A stretch of 64,000 nt of DNA, from positions 5,072 through 69,071 of the forward strand of contig CAYNMD010000001.1 of assembly GCA_964398485.1 (NCBI GenBank). Direction: 5' to 3'. Source of the stretch: an uncultured Bdellovibrionales bacterium. GTDB lineage: Bacteria; Patescibacteriota; Minisyncoccia; Moranbacterales; UBA1568. The translations under genes were made by a program, and so were the position numbers. This document shows positions 56,318-64,000 of the stretch, one piece after another (the stretch's first letter is position 1; every line of letters starts with the position of its first letter). The notes under the pieces are model-generated. The model saw only the letters and a list, made by a program, of their open reading frames with translations, was not told the origin of the DNA and did not search any database.

Positions 56318-57112
56318 ATGCAAAACACGTATACACTTATCTCTTGGAATGTAAATGGACTCAGGGCAGCTGGGCGAAAAGGATTTATTGATTGGATGCA
56401 GGCAGGAAAATATCCGGTGGTGGGAGTTCAGGAGACTAAGGTGTCTCATCCTGATCAGCTCGACGAAACATTGAGGCATCCCGATGGTTATACGAGTTAC
56501 TTTCATTCAGCTACCGAAAAAAAAGGGTATAGCGGCGTTGGGATCTATACCAAGATTAAGCCTATAAGTGTTAAGACGTTTTTTGGAAATAATTTACTGT
56601 CGCGAGAGGGTCGGGTGATTGAGATGGAATTTCGTGAATTCATTCTCCTGAATATTTATTTTCCTAATGGTGGATCTGGTGATTTGCGTCTCCAATACAA
56701 GCTTGAGTTCTATGAGGAGTTCTTGCACTACATTGAACATTTGAAAGGGCAGGGGAAGCCAGTGATATTTTGTGGTGATGTAAATACGGCACATCAAGAA
56801 ATTGATCTGGCCAGGCCAAAGGAGAATGAAAACACCTCTGGTTTCATGCCCAAAGAACGTGTTTGGATTGATCAGTTCATCAAGGCAGGTTTTATTGATA
56901 GTTTTCGATATCTAAACCCGTCTCTAACACAGTACAGCTGGTGGGATATGAAAACAAAAGCTCGTGAACGAAATGTTGGTTGGCGGATTGATTATTTTTT
57001 TGTCGATGATCGACTCAAAAACAATATTAAGGATGCCTTTATACTCGATACGGTTCCAGGATCAGACCATGCCCCAACAGGACTCTCTTTGGTTTTTTCG
57101 GATGCTCTGTAA
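56318..57112 (+). CDS. xth: exodeoxyribonuclease III (AP endonuclease, Xth family)
   Basis: SWNVNGLRA, QETK, GDVN, SDHAP motifs. Confidence 0.85.
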   Translation: MQNTYTLISWNVNGLRAAGRKGFIDWMQAGKYPVVGVQETKVSHPDQLDETLRHPDGYTSYFHSATEKKGYSGVGIYTKIKPISVKTFFGNNLLSREGRVIEMEFREFILLNIYFPNGGSGDLRLQYKLEFYEEFLHYIEHLKGQGKPVIFCGDVNTAHQEIDLARPKENENTSGFMPKERVWIDQFIKAGFIDSFRYLNPSLTQYSWWDMKTKARERNVGWRIDYFFVDDRLKNNIKDAFILDTVPGSDHAPTGLSLVFSDAL

Positions 57113-57135
57113 CGATCTTCATCTTTGCATTTTAT

Positions 57136-58350
57136 ATGATAAGTACCCCACGAGAGCCTCTGGCAGAGCGGCGGCGTCCTAAGGCGCTCGAGCAGTTTCT
57201 TGGGCAGGAAAAACTTCTGGGCAAAGGGGCCTATTTACGCCAGATGATAGAACGCGATACGGTTCCCTCGCTTATTTTCTGGGGTCCTCCCGGCTCTGGC
57301 AAAACAACTCTAGCGAGGCTAATAGCTTCTGAGACATCAGCTCATTTTGTTTCGTTGTCGGCGGTTACCAGTGGGAAAAAAGATTTACAACAAGTTCTCG
57401 AACAGGCTGACGTGGCAAGGCGTCTTGGAGAACGGACGATTCTTTTTGTAGATGAAATTCATCGTTGGAATAAGGCTCAGCAGGATGCTTTACTCCCTCA
57501 GGTTGAGAACGGTGTCGTTACTCTGATCGGAGCTACGACCGAAAATCCAAGCTTTGAGGTAAATGCTGCTTTACTTTCACGGGCTCGGGTGGTGGTCTTT
57601 ACCAGACATACTGAAGCGACGACAGTAAAACTTCTTCATGACGCTCTCAGAGAGGATATATATCTCAGTAAAAAGGGCATTGTTTGTACTGAAGAGGGAA
57701 TTGGTTTTATCGCCGCTTTATCAGGTGGGGATGCTCGTGCGGCTTATTCTCTCCTTGAGGCAGTAAGCGAAACAGGTAAGGAAATTACACCAGAGCTAGT
57801 GGGCGAAATCGCTGAAAGGTCACATCTTCTTTACGATAAAGGAGGGGAGGAGCACTACAATTTGATTTCGGCACTTCATAAAGCTATGCGAGGGAGTGAT
57901 GCTGATGCGAGTCTCTACTACCTGGCTCGTATGCTCGAGGCTGGTGAGGATCCGCTTTATATAGCTCGGCGCATTGTACGGTTTGCTTCCGAAGATATTG
58001 GCGTGGCCAATTCTTTGGCTCTCCCGCAGGCAGTGGCAGCCTTGCAAGCCTGCCAAATGCTTGGAATGCCGGAGTGTGAGGTACATTTAGCGCAAGCAGT
58101 AGTCTATATGGCTCTTTCCAAGAAATCAAATGCTCTTTATACCGCTTACGGTAAGGCTAAACAGGATGTCAGGGATTATCCTAATGAGCCAGTACCTCTT
58201 CATCTTCGTAATGCTCCCACCAAGCTTATGAAGACTCTCGAGTATGGTAAAGGATACAAGTATACGCCTGACTACAAAAACAAAAAAGAGGCCGAACAAG
58301 AGTATTTTCCTCAGAAGCTAAAAGGGAGAAAGTATTTGTCTCAGGTTTGA
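57136..58350 (+). CDS. rarA: replication-associated recombination protein A (RarA/MgsA AAA+ ATPase)
   Basis: [32 protein letters not shown]-terminal MgsA helical domain. Confidence 0.9.
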   Translation: MISTPREPLAERRRPKALEQFLGQEKLLGKGAYLRQMIERDTVPSLIFWGPPGSGKTTLARLIASETSAHFVSLSAVTSGKKDLQQVLEQADVARRLGERTILFVDEIHRWNKAQQDALLPQVENGVVTLIGATTENPSFEVNAALLSRARVVVFTRHTEATTVKLLHDALREDIYLSKKGIVCTEEGIGFIAALSGGDARAAYSLLEAVSETGKEITPELVGEIAERSHLLYDKGGEEHYNLISALHKAMRGSDADASLYYLARMLEAGEDPLYIARRIVRFASEDIGVANSLALPQAVAALQACQMLGMPECEVHLAQAVVYMALSKKSNALYTAYGKAKQDVRDYPNEPVPLHLRNAPTKLMKTLEYGKGYKYTPDYKNKKEAEQEYFPQKLKGRKYLSQV

Positions 58351-58365
58351 TTTTTTCGAAAAAAC

Positions 58366-58484
58366 TTTTTTCTCCCTGAAAGAGGATATGTTTGCGGGCG
58401 TGAAAACAACAGGTCTTTTTATGAGTAATGTAACAAGAGAATTTTCTCTTCCTGAAGCAGGATAGCTTTGCGGTCGAGAGAAAT
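58366..58484 (+). repeat. two tandem copies of an approx. 45-nt motif (TTTTCTCYCCTGAARSAGGATAKSTTTGCGGKCGWGARAA)
   Basis: Hand alignment gives about 75% identity between 58366-58411 and 58442-58484; each contains a short CCTG...CAGG hairpin. Confidence 0.5.
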
Positions 58485-58822
58485 TCACTTGTTAAAGTTT
58501 AATTTTGGTTAAAAAAGAATCAAGGCGCTGCGAGTGATATCGCAAGCGCCGAGATAGGAAGGGGTGATCTTGGTCGCGTTGGACCTTAATCGCCATCAGG
58601 ATTCCAAAGACAGTGCCAGACCAGCCTTTCTACAGGCTTTTGTGGTGGTTGTGGAGCGTTTGGTTTATCAGCTTTCACAACTGATGCTTGTCCCTGGAGG
58701 GGTAATGTAGCGACGTGACTCGCGCTACTCACCAGGTGCCGGTATCCCGGATTTTCCATGGCGAGGCGTTCTCGTAAGTTTGCTCCGTTGAGCATCACAT
58801 TCTCCCAATTGTTGCACAAATG

Positions 58823-58864
58823 AAGAAGCCGGTTCCTTAAGGGGGGAGACCGGCTTCTTTTTGC
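58823..58864 (+). terminator. rho-independent terminator with no upstream ORF >= 60 aa
   Basis: AGAAGCCGGT-loop-ACCGGCTTCTTTTTGCTTT. Confidence 0.6.
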
Positions 58865-59057
58865 TTTCGAAAGTGGAATTCTAGCGTCTACATTCAAGGG
58901 CAAAAACAAAACGGTCTCCTTCGCTCCAGAGGAGGAAGGTGCACATAAGACCCATAAAGATGCGACCGTTTTGTTGCATATGGGAAAAGTATAAAAACTC
59001 TCAAAGAGGATGTCAAATAGGTTTTTGGTCATATGAGTATTGTTTTGGAGTAATTAT

Positions 59058-59086
59058 TTGACATACCAAAAAAAGTGTGTTACCAT
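59058..59086 (+). promoter_or_regulatory. sigma70-like promoter TTGACA-N17-TACCAT
   Basis: Motif about 110 nt upstream of the 59195 ORF. Confidence 0.3.
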
Positions 59087-59194
59087 CCTCAAGCGGTTCT
59101 CGGCCAAGCTAGAGGCGAGAGCTTGAGGTGATGGAGCTGATGGAAATCAGTTTTGTCTATACAACGAACCCGTCAATTTAGGAGATGTGCAAAC

Positions 59195-59458
59195 ATGACG
59201 GATCAACGATTGGGCGGATTCTGCCCGCGAGTACTTGGGGCTTTTCTGCTCAAGGCGGAGGCTTTTCTTCGGAGTTCGGAGAGTGTCTATAGCGGCCTCC
59301 TCAAGATCGCCGAAGAGGTGGCGGCATACAACTTGGCCTATGCGACTGTCCTCATCAAGATGGCCCGGGGTTCCCCCCTCTGCCAAAGCTGGTTCTTCTA
59401 TGCTTTCGAGAAGATGGTCTACACGGCGATGGCTTCTCCGAGTCGGTTGAAATCATGA
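59195..59458 (+). CDS. hypothetical small protein (first of two translationally coupled ORFs)
   Basis: TAGGAGA 8 nt upstream of the ATG; 87 aa; stop overlaps the next start (ATGA). Confidence 0.35.
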   Translation: MTDQRLGGFCPRVLGAFLLKAEAFLRSSESVYSGLLKIAEEVAAYNLAYATVLIKMARGSPLCQSWFFYAFEKMVYTAMASPSRLKS

Positions 59459-59640
59459 AGTCGAAGCTCACAGAGGATGAGGCTTGGCGACTCGCTCGAT
59501 TGATCGCTGGTCTGAAGCGTGCCGGAAGAGGTGCCAAGGCCACAAGGCTTTCCGCGATGCTTCAACCGCTAGCCTGTAGGCGTTTCAAGCCTTCCAATAG
59601 CCATGGCGTCAAGACCCGTCTGAGGACCCGCCCTCGCTAA
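59455..59640 (+). CDS. hypothetical small basic protein (second coupled ORF)
   Basis: ATGA overlap with the upstream ORF; 61 aa, Arg/Lys-rich. Confidence 0.3.
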   Translation: MKSKLTEDEAWRLARLIAGLKRAGRGAKATRLSAMLQPLACRRFKPSNSHGVKTRLRTRPR

Positions 59641-59745
59641 CCTGTACGTTCTCGGCAAGGCCCGAGATCAAGAGACCCTGCTGCGCATTGTCGTGGTAGG
59701 GTCTCAAAATTTTTTATGCTACACTAAGGTCTGAACTTTTTATTT

Positions 59746-60219
59746 ATGCCATATCCAGCCCTGAGAAAAATAGCTCCAGATTTTTGCCTCTTAGATCAGG
59801 AGGGGAAAGAACATACTTTGAAGCAATATCGCGACCGATGGGTTATTCTCTATTTTTACCCAAAAGATGATACGCCAGGCTGTACGGTCGAAGCTTGTAG
59901 TTTTCGGGATAACTTCGCAGCACTCAGGCGATCCGGCGTTGTTGTGTTGGGTGTTTCGGTGGACCCGGTGAAAAAACATGCCAAGTTTGTCGAGAAATAT
60001 GATCTCCCGTTTACGCTACTCGCTGATGAAGAGAAAACAGTGGTCAATCTCTACGGTGTGTGGGGGAAGAAAAAATTTATGGGCCGTGAGTATATGGGGA
60101 CCAATCGAGTATCATTTCTTATTGATCCCAAGGGGAAGCTCGTCAAAATTTATGATTCAGTGAAGCCAGCCGAACACGTAGAAGAAGTTCTCTCTGATAT
60201 GAAATCACTCAATAAATAG
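59746..60219 (+). CDS. bcp: peroxiredoxin Bcp (thiol peroxidase)
   Basis: FYPKDDTPGCTVEACSFRD peroxidatic Cys motif. Confidence 0.85.
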   Translation: MPYPALRKIAPDFCLLDQEGKEHTLKQYRDRWVILYFYPKDDTPGCTVEACSFRDNFAALRRSGVVVLGVSVDPVKKHAKFVEKYDLPFTLLADEEKTVVNLYGVWGKKKFMGREYMGTNRVSFLIDPKGKLVKIYDSVKPAEHVEEVLSDMKSLNK

Positions 60220-60223
60220 AGCT

Positions 60224-61597
60224 ATGAGATTTTTTGTTACTGATACCAAACCTGTTGATGTTGTGGTACAACTCGTCTCCGGTTCAGCCGAGTACTTTAT
60301 CCGGGAAGGCAAACAACTTACGCTCGTGCTTGGTTTTGGGGAAAAAGACAAGCTTACTTTGAGAGTCCTGCGCTTGTTGGTTCGTAAGGCGGTACAGAGT
60401 ATCAAGCAGAAACAGTGTCGAGAGGTAGGATTTGTTCTCCCTGAGTGGCAGATCGGTCCATTTTCAATGAATGAAGAAGAGTTGGGGGAGATGTTGGTAG
60501 TCAACGTACTTTTGGCAAACTACGCATTTCATTCTTATAAAACTCCTCCAAAAGAAGGATTCCCTTCTCTCGAGAAGGTGTATTTTTTCGGTGCTCAGAA
60601 CAAGAAAGTTTTTATTGACGTAATCAAAAAAGCCCAGATTATTGGTGAGGAGGTTAATAGGGCCCGATCGATCGCCAATGAGCCAGCAGGCAACATGACA
60701 CCCGAACACTTGGTGCACCATGCCAAGCGTTGTCTTGAAAAACTCCCTATCAGAGTAACGGTATTTGATGAGAAACGACTGATCAAGGAAAATATGGCGG
60801 GAATACTTGCTGTGGGTAAGGGATCAGAGGCCAAGCCTCGTTTTATTGTTGCCGAATATCGCCAGGGTAAAAAAACAGAGGCGCCTATCGTACTTATCGG
60901 TAAGGGGGTAACGTTTGATTCTGGTGGTATCAATCTCAAGCCTTCCGATGCTATTTTGGGGATGAACATGGATATGTCTGGGGCTGCCACTGCTCTCCAT
61001 GTTCTCTCTGCAGTTGCTCGACTCAAAATAAAGAAGAATATTATCGTTCTTATTCCAGCAGTAGAGAATATGATCTCTGGGCGCAGTTATCGTCCTGGAG
61101 ATATTATTCGCACGGCGTCTGGCAAGACTATCGAAGTGCAGAATACTGATGCTGAGGGACGAATTATTCTTGCTGATGCTCTTCATTATGCAAAGCGTTA
61201 TAAGCCGGGCTTAGTTATTGATGTAGCTACACTGACTGGTGCAGCTATGGTTGCATTGGGGGAGCGAGCTGCAGCACTTTTTACTGAGGATGAAAAACTT
61301 GAGAGTACCTTGCGTCATATTGGTATGTGGGTGGGCGACCCAGTTTGGCCGATGCCACTTTGGGATGAATACCTCGAAGATATTCGGGGGATTTATGCTG
61401 ATATTGGTAATGTAGGAACCACTCGATATGGTGGGGCGGTTACGGCAGCCATTTTTTTGAAACAGTTTGTTGATTATCCCTGGGTTCATCTCGATATCGC
61501 ACCGAGAATGACAGCGACCGCCAGTGAACAACTTGCAAAGGGATCTCTTGGTGCAGGCGTCCAACTTATAGTACGATTCTTGTCGGCTAAACAATAA
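60224..61597 (+). CDS. pepA: leucyl aminopeptidase (M17 family)
   Basis: VGKGVTFDSGGINLKP, NTDAEGRIILADAL motifs. Confidence 0.85.
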   Translation: MRFFVTDTKPVDVVVQLVSGSAEYFIREGKQLTLVLGFGEKDKLTLRVLRLLVRKAVQSIKQKQCREVGFVLPEWQIGPFSMNEEELGEMLVVNVLLANYAFHSYKTPPKEGFPSLEKVYFFGAQNKKVFIDVIKKAQIIGEEVNRARSIANEPAGNMTPEHLVHHAKRCLEKLPIRVTVFDEKRLIKENMAGILAVGKGSEAKPRFIVAEYRQGKKTEAPIVLIGKGVTFDSGGINLKPSDAILGMNMDMSGAATALHVLSAVARLKIKKNIIVLIPAVENMISGRSYRPGDIIRTASGKTIEVQNTDAEGRIILADALHYAKRYKPGLVIDVATLTGAAMVALGERAAALFTEDEKLESTLRHIGMWVGDPVWPMPLWDEYLEDIRGIYADIGNVGTTRYGGAVTAAIFLKQFVDYPWVHLDIAPRMTATASEQLAKGSLGAGVQLIVRFLSAKQ

Positions 61598-61610
61598 ACC
61601 TGTAGGAGAT

Positions 61611-61790
61611 ATGTCTTCTCGATACTTGGATACTAAGGCTATTGAACGAGAGCTCGAATCTGCTTTGGAGGAATTTCAGATTGCTATACAGGAAATTGAG
61701 CAAAGAACGGGTGATTTAGAGCGAGACTTTATTCAAGCTCTTGAGGCAGAAAAAATTAAAACGGTAAAAAAGAAACTTGGAACGGTATGA
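61611..61790 (+). CDS. hypothetical small coiled-coil protein (59 aa), translationally coupled to the next gene
   Basis: TAGGAGAT then ATG; TGA overlaps the ATG of 61787; below the 60-aa ORF-track threshold. Confidence 0.4.
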   Translation: MSSRYLDTKAIERELESALEEFQIAIQEIEQRTGDLERDFIQALEAEKIKTVKKKLGTV

Positions 61791-63118
61791 GTCGCCTTGA
61801 AGATTTTTCTGAAGTAGCTTGTGATGAGGAAATAGAAAAGAATTTTTCATTGGAGCAAAGTCGATCCCTGAGTGTTTTGCAGAAGATTCTAGAAGAAATT
61901 GAGATTCTCCAGCAGGAAGGTAAGTCTCCTATAAAAAAAAGATTGGAAACAATAATAAGGGGGTTAGTATCTGACGAAGAAGTACAGAGAATTAAAGAAA
62001 AGATAGGCTATTTTGATCGATTGGCAGCAATAGAAAAACAAAGGGAAGGAGCTCAAATAAAACTCCGAGAGCGGATGCGTCGAGTGCTCCTTTCAGTGGT
62101 GACAGCTGCTACGCTTCAGGGTGTTCCGAGCAAGGCTGAGGTTACCCCGGCCACTGCCAAAGTGGTCGTGGCTAGTCAAAATTCTACAGAGGCGAGTGAG
62201 TCAGTCAGTCTTTCTGAAAAATTGCGTTCCCCAGAACTTACTCATCAAGATATTTTTGATACCCAGTCACCTCTTAATGTCACATCAAAAAAACTGAATA
62301 AAGAGTCTCTTTCTCCCGGAGAGTTGGTAATAGTGCATGAACTAGCTAAAAAAGTACGAATGAGTAAGGAGGAATGGGCGGTAGTTTTAGGTAAAAATAC
62401 GACTGGTCGTCTGACCTTTGAGTTATTTCGAGGTACCGAAGATGGTATATTTTTTTCTCTCGAGTCTATGAGGAAAATGGGTGTGACACGTTTTGATGTT
62501 GCGCACACACATCCTCTTTCAGCTGAAGATCTAGAGAGCCATGATCATGAGCTAGGTACCCACAAGCGTTTCCTTTATCCTCCGAGTGCAACTGATATCA
62601 GAACCTGTCTGGTGAATCAAAACCCCTTTAAAGTACACCGAGTAATTGATGCTAGTGGAATGTGGGAATATCAGTGTGATAGACAGAGTCCTCTTGTGGT
62701 TGAAACTGTAACCTCTTTGCAACGTTTAGGAGAAACCTTCGATCAGTTGAGTCAAGAACATAAGCTGACAACTAAAGAGAAACAACAGTTATTGAGAATA
62801 GTAGAAACTTTGTATACTAACTCATTTGCGGTAGTTGCTTTGGCCCAATACTTTACTGCTCTTGAGGAACGTTATCCTGGAATAGATGCGGCAGGGACAC
62901 GAGCTCTCAATGAGCATGCTGAACGAGTCAAAAAACTGTCTGTTGTCTTGATGTCCAATGACTTATACGTCGAGTGGATTAGGAGAAATATGAATAAGTG
63001 GACAGACAGTGAGTTAGCTACACGTCTGCAGTTCTTTGTGCAAGAGGTTGAAAAAAATGGAATATTTATGTCGTATACTCCTTTTAAAGAACTGCCAAAA
63101 CGAGAGGGGGAGAAATAA
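61787..63118 (+). CDS. hypothetical 443-aa protein with HTHP...PSATD (JAMM-like?) motif
   Basis: Long ORF with good coding character; N-terminal coiled-coil region, Ser/Thr linker, C-terminal globular part. Confidence 0.55.
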   Translation: MSRLEDFSEVACDEEIEKNFSLEQSRSLSVLQKILEEIEILQQEGKSPIKKRLETIIRGLVSDEEVQRIKEKIGYFDRLAAIEKQREGAQIKLRERMRRVLLSVVTAATLQGVPSKAEVTPATAKVVVASQNSTEASESVSLSEKLRSPELTHQDIFDTQSPLNVTSKKLNKESLSPGELVIVHELAKKVRMSKEEWAVVLGKNTTGRLTFELFRGTEDGIFFSLESMRKMGVTRFDVAHTHPLSAEDLESHDHELGTHKRFLYPPSATDIRTCLVNQNPFKVHRVIDASGMWEYQCDRQSPLVVETVTSLQRLGETFDQLSQEHKLTTKEKQQLLRIVETLYTNSFAVVALAQYFTALEERYPGIDAAGTRALNEHAERVKKLSVVLMSNDLYVEWIRRNMNKWTDSELATRLQFFVQEVEKNGIFMSYTPFKELPKREGEK

Positions 63119-63462
63119 GACGTAGATTAACTACTCTGCCTGGTTCTTGTCAGGATGGGTAGTTATGGTAGAATTAGTATGTCATCCTTCCACGTAAGTA
63201 TCCATCATCTTTGGTTTGACGCCCCTAGATTTTGGTCCATATCTTGTGGAAGGACCGACACTCGCGAGCAGGCCACGCAACGACGCGGCCGCTTTTTTAT
63301 TTACCGAAAGAACAAGTTTGTATTTTTTCTCTGGAGCACTCTTTTTATGGAAGGTGTTTTTTATTTTTTCTAGGAAGTTGTCTTGGAATTGGATGATAGA
63401 CGATCTCCATTCTTTCGGGAAAGAAACCCTTTGTTCAAGCCAATGTTGCGTTCTGTACGAGA

Positions 63463-63512
63463 GTGGTATAAAATGGTGATTAAGGACAGAAAAGTGGTGA
63501 AAAGTGGTGATT
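63463..63512 (+). promoter_or_regulatory. mraZ promoter/operator region with three direct (A/G)TGGTGA repeats
   Basis: GTGGTATAAAATGGTGA ... AGTGGTGAAAAGTGGTGA; the last two repeats are 10 bp apart; TATAAAAT -10-like element overlaps the first. Confidence 0.4.
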
Positions 63513-63567
63513 TTCACGTAAAAACTTTATCTGCCCGGCTTTCACTTCTCATTTCTCGAGGACGCTT

Positions 63568-64000
63568 ATGTTCATCGGTGAGTACCAACATTCCATCGAT
63601 CCCAAGAAGCGTCTCGCTCTTCCATCGAAGTTTCGAGGAGAGCTTGGGAGTCGAGTCATTGTTACTCGAGGCCTCGACGGTGCCCTTATTATTTATCCGA
63701 TGAAAGTGTGGGAAGAACTAGCTGCAAAACTTGGCAGTCTTCCTATCGGAGAAAATGGGAAACGTAGTTTTACGAGACTGATGCTTGCAGGGGCGAGTGA
63801 TGTCGAACTTGACGGACAAGGAAGAGTGCTTCTTCCTGAATACCTCAAGGAATCTGCGGGTCTCAAAAAAGAGGTGACGGTAGTTGGTCTCTATAACCGA
63901 TTGGAAATTTGGGACAGTGCTCAGTGGAAGCGATACAAACACCAAGCTGAAAAAAATACCGAAAAAATTGCCAACGAACTTGGGGCACTCGGTATTTATT
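63568..64000 (+). CDS. mraZ: division/cell wall cluster transcriptional regulator MraZ (partial, runs off the window end)
   Basis: MFIGEYQHSIDPKKRLALPSKFR...VVTRGLDGALIIYP...LDGQGRVLLPEYL; not in the ORF track because there is no stop in the window. Confidence 0.85.
   Translation, partial: MFIGEYQHSIDPKKRLALPSKFRGELGSRVIVTRGLDGALIIYPMKVWEELAAKLGSLPIGENGKRSFTRLMLAGASDVELDGQGRVLLPEYLKESAGLKKEVTVVGLYNRLEIWDSAQWKRYKHQAEKNTEKIANELGALGIY

Noticed and set aside
58561-58870. Possible tmRNA (5' GGGGTGATCTTGG resembles the tmRNA 5' end)
   Set aside because: No complementary 3' acceptor strand or T-arm (GGTTCGA..CC) follows, and the segment is too short. Left as an unassigned possible ncRNA.
58586-59032. 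148-aa minus-strand ORF spanning the orphan terminator region
   Set aside because: It reads through a strong plus-strand terminator hairpin, has low-complexity composition and no RBS. The GC-richer sequence here inflates ORF length on all frames.
63182-63517. 111-aa minus-strand ORF in the mraZ upstream region
   Set aside because: It overlaps the mraZ promoter/operator repeats; no RBS; long non-coding leaders upstream of mraZ are usual.
1-64000. CRISPR arrays, rRNA genes, integrase/transposase genes
   Set aside because: No regularly spaced direct repeats, no rRNA-like conserved segments and no recombinase-like ORFs were seen on either strand.

Overview
This 64 kb window is densely coding, with native GC of roughly 47-50% and many short intergenic spacers carrying AGGAGG-type ribosome-binding sites. 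The gene content suggests a small-genome bacterium, possibly Patescibacteria/CPR-like, but that is inference only. The content is dominated by DNA repair/recombination genes, listed here in genomic order: topA, dprA, an AlkD-like alkylation repair gene, uvrB, an MGMT-domain gene abutting uvrA, a Cas4-like PD-(D/E)XK nuclease, a short uvrC, a second full-length uvrA paralog, xth and rarA. There is also a type IV pilus assembly locus (pilC, pilins/pseudopilins, pilM, pilN, pilO), RNA-modification enzymes (RsuA/RluB-type pseudouridine synthase, RlmN, a MiaB/RimO-type methylthiotransferase) and housekeeping enzymes (Bcp, PepA, a DEAD-box helicase). The window ends with the start of the dcw cluster (mraZ, partial). 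A tRNA cluster (Ile-GAT, initiator Met, a second atypical CAT tRNA, Asp-GTC) sits at 7.8-8.5 kb and a minus-strand tRNA-Ala at 14.8 kb. Between them lies a mosaic accessory segment containing a GIY-YIG gene nested between duplicated tRNA-Asp 5' ends, an AT-rich gene flanked by 16-bp direct repeats, and two strongly GC-rich secreted-protein genes (DUF1566-M23 peptidase; PEP-CTERM-like protein with its own promoter and terminator). Further compositional islets occur at 31.5-32.1 kb (one ORF with roughly 95% GC3) and 58.5-59.7 kb (orphan terminator, tandem RNA-like motif, two translationally coupled small ORFs). No rRNA, no CRISPR array and no recognisable integrase/transposase gene were found. 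A 1-nt mismatch between the printed sequence and the ORF track near 20.94-21.0 kb means hand-counted coordinates may be off by +/-1.
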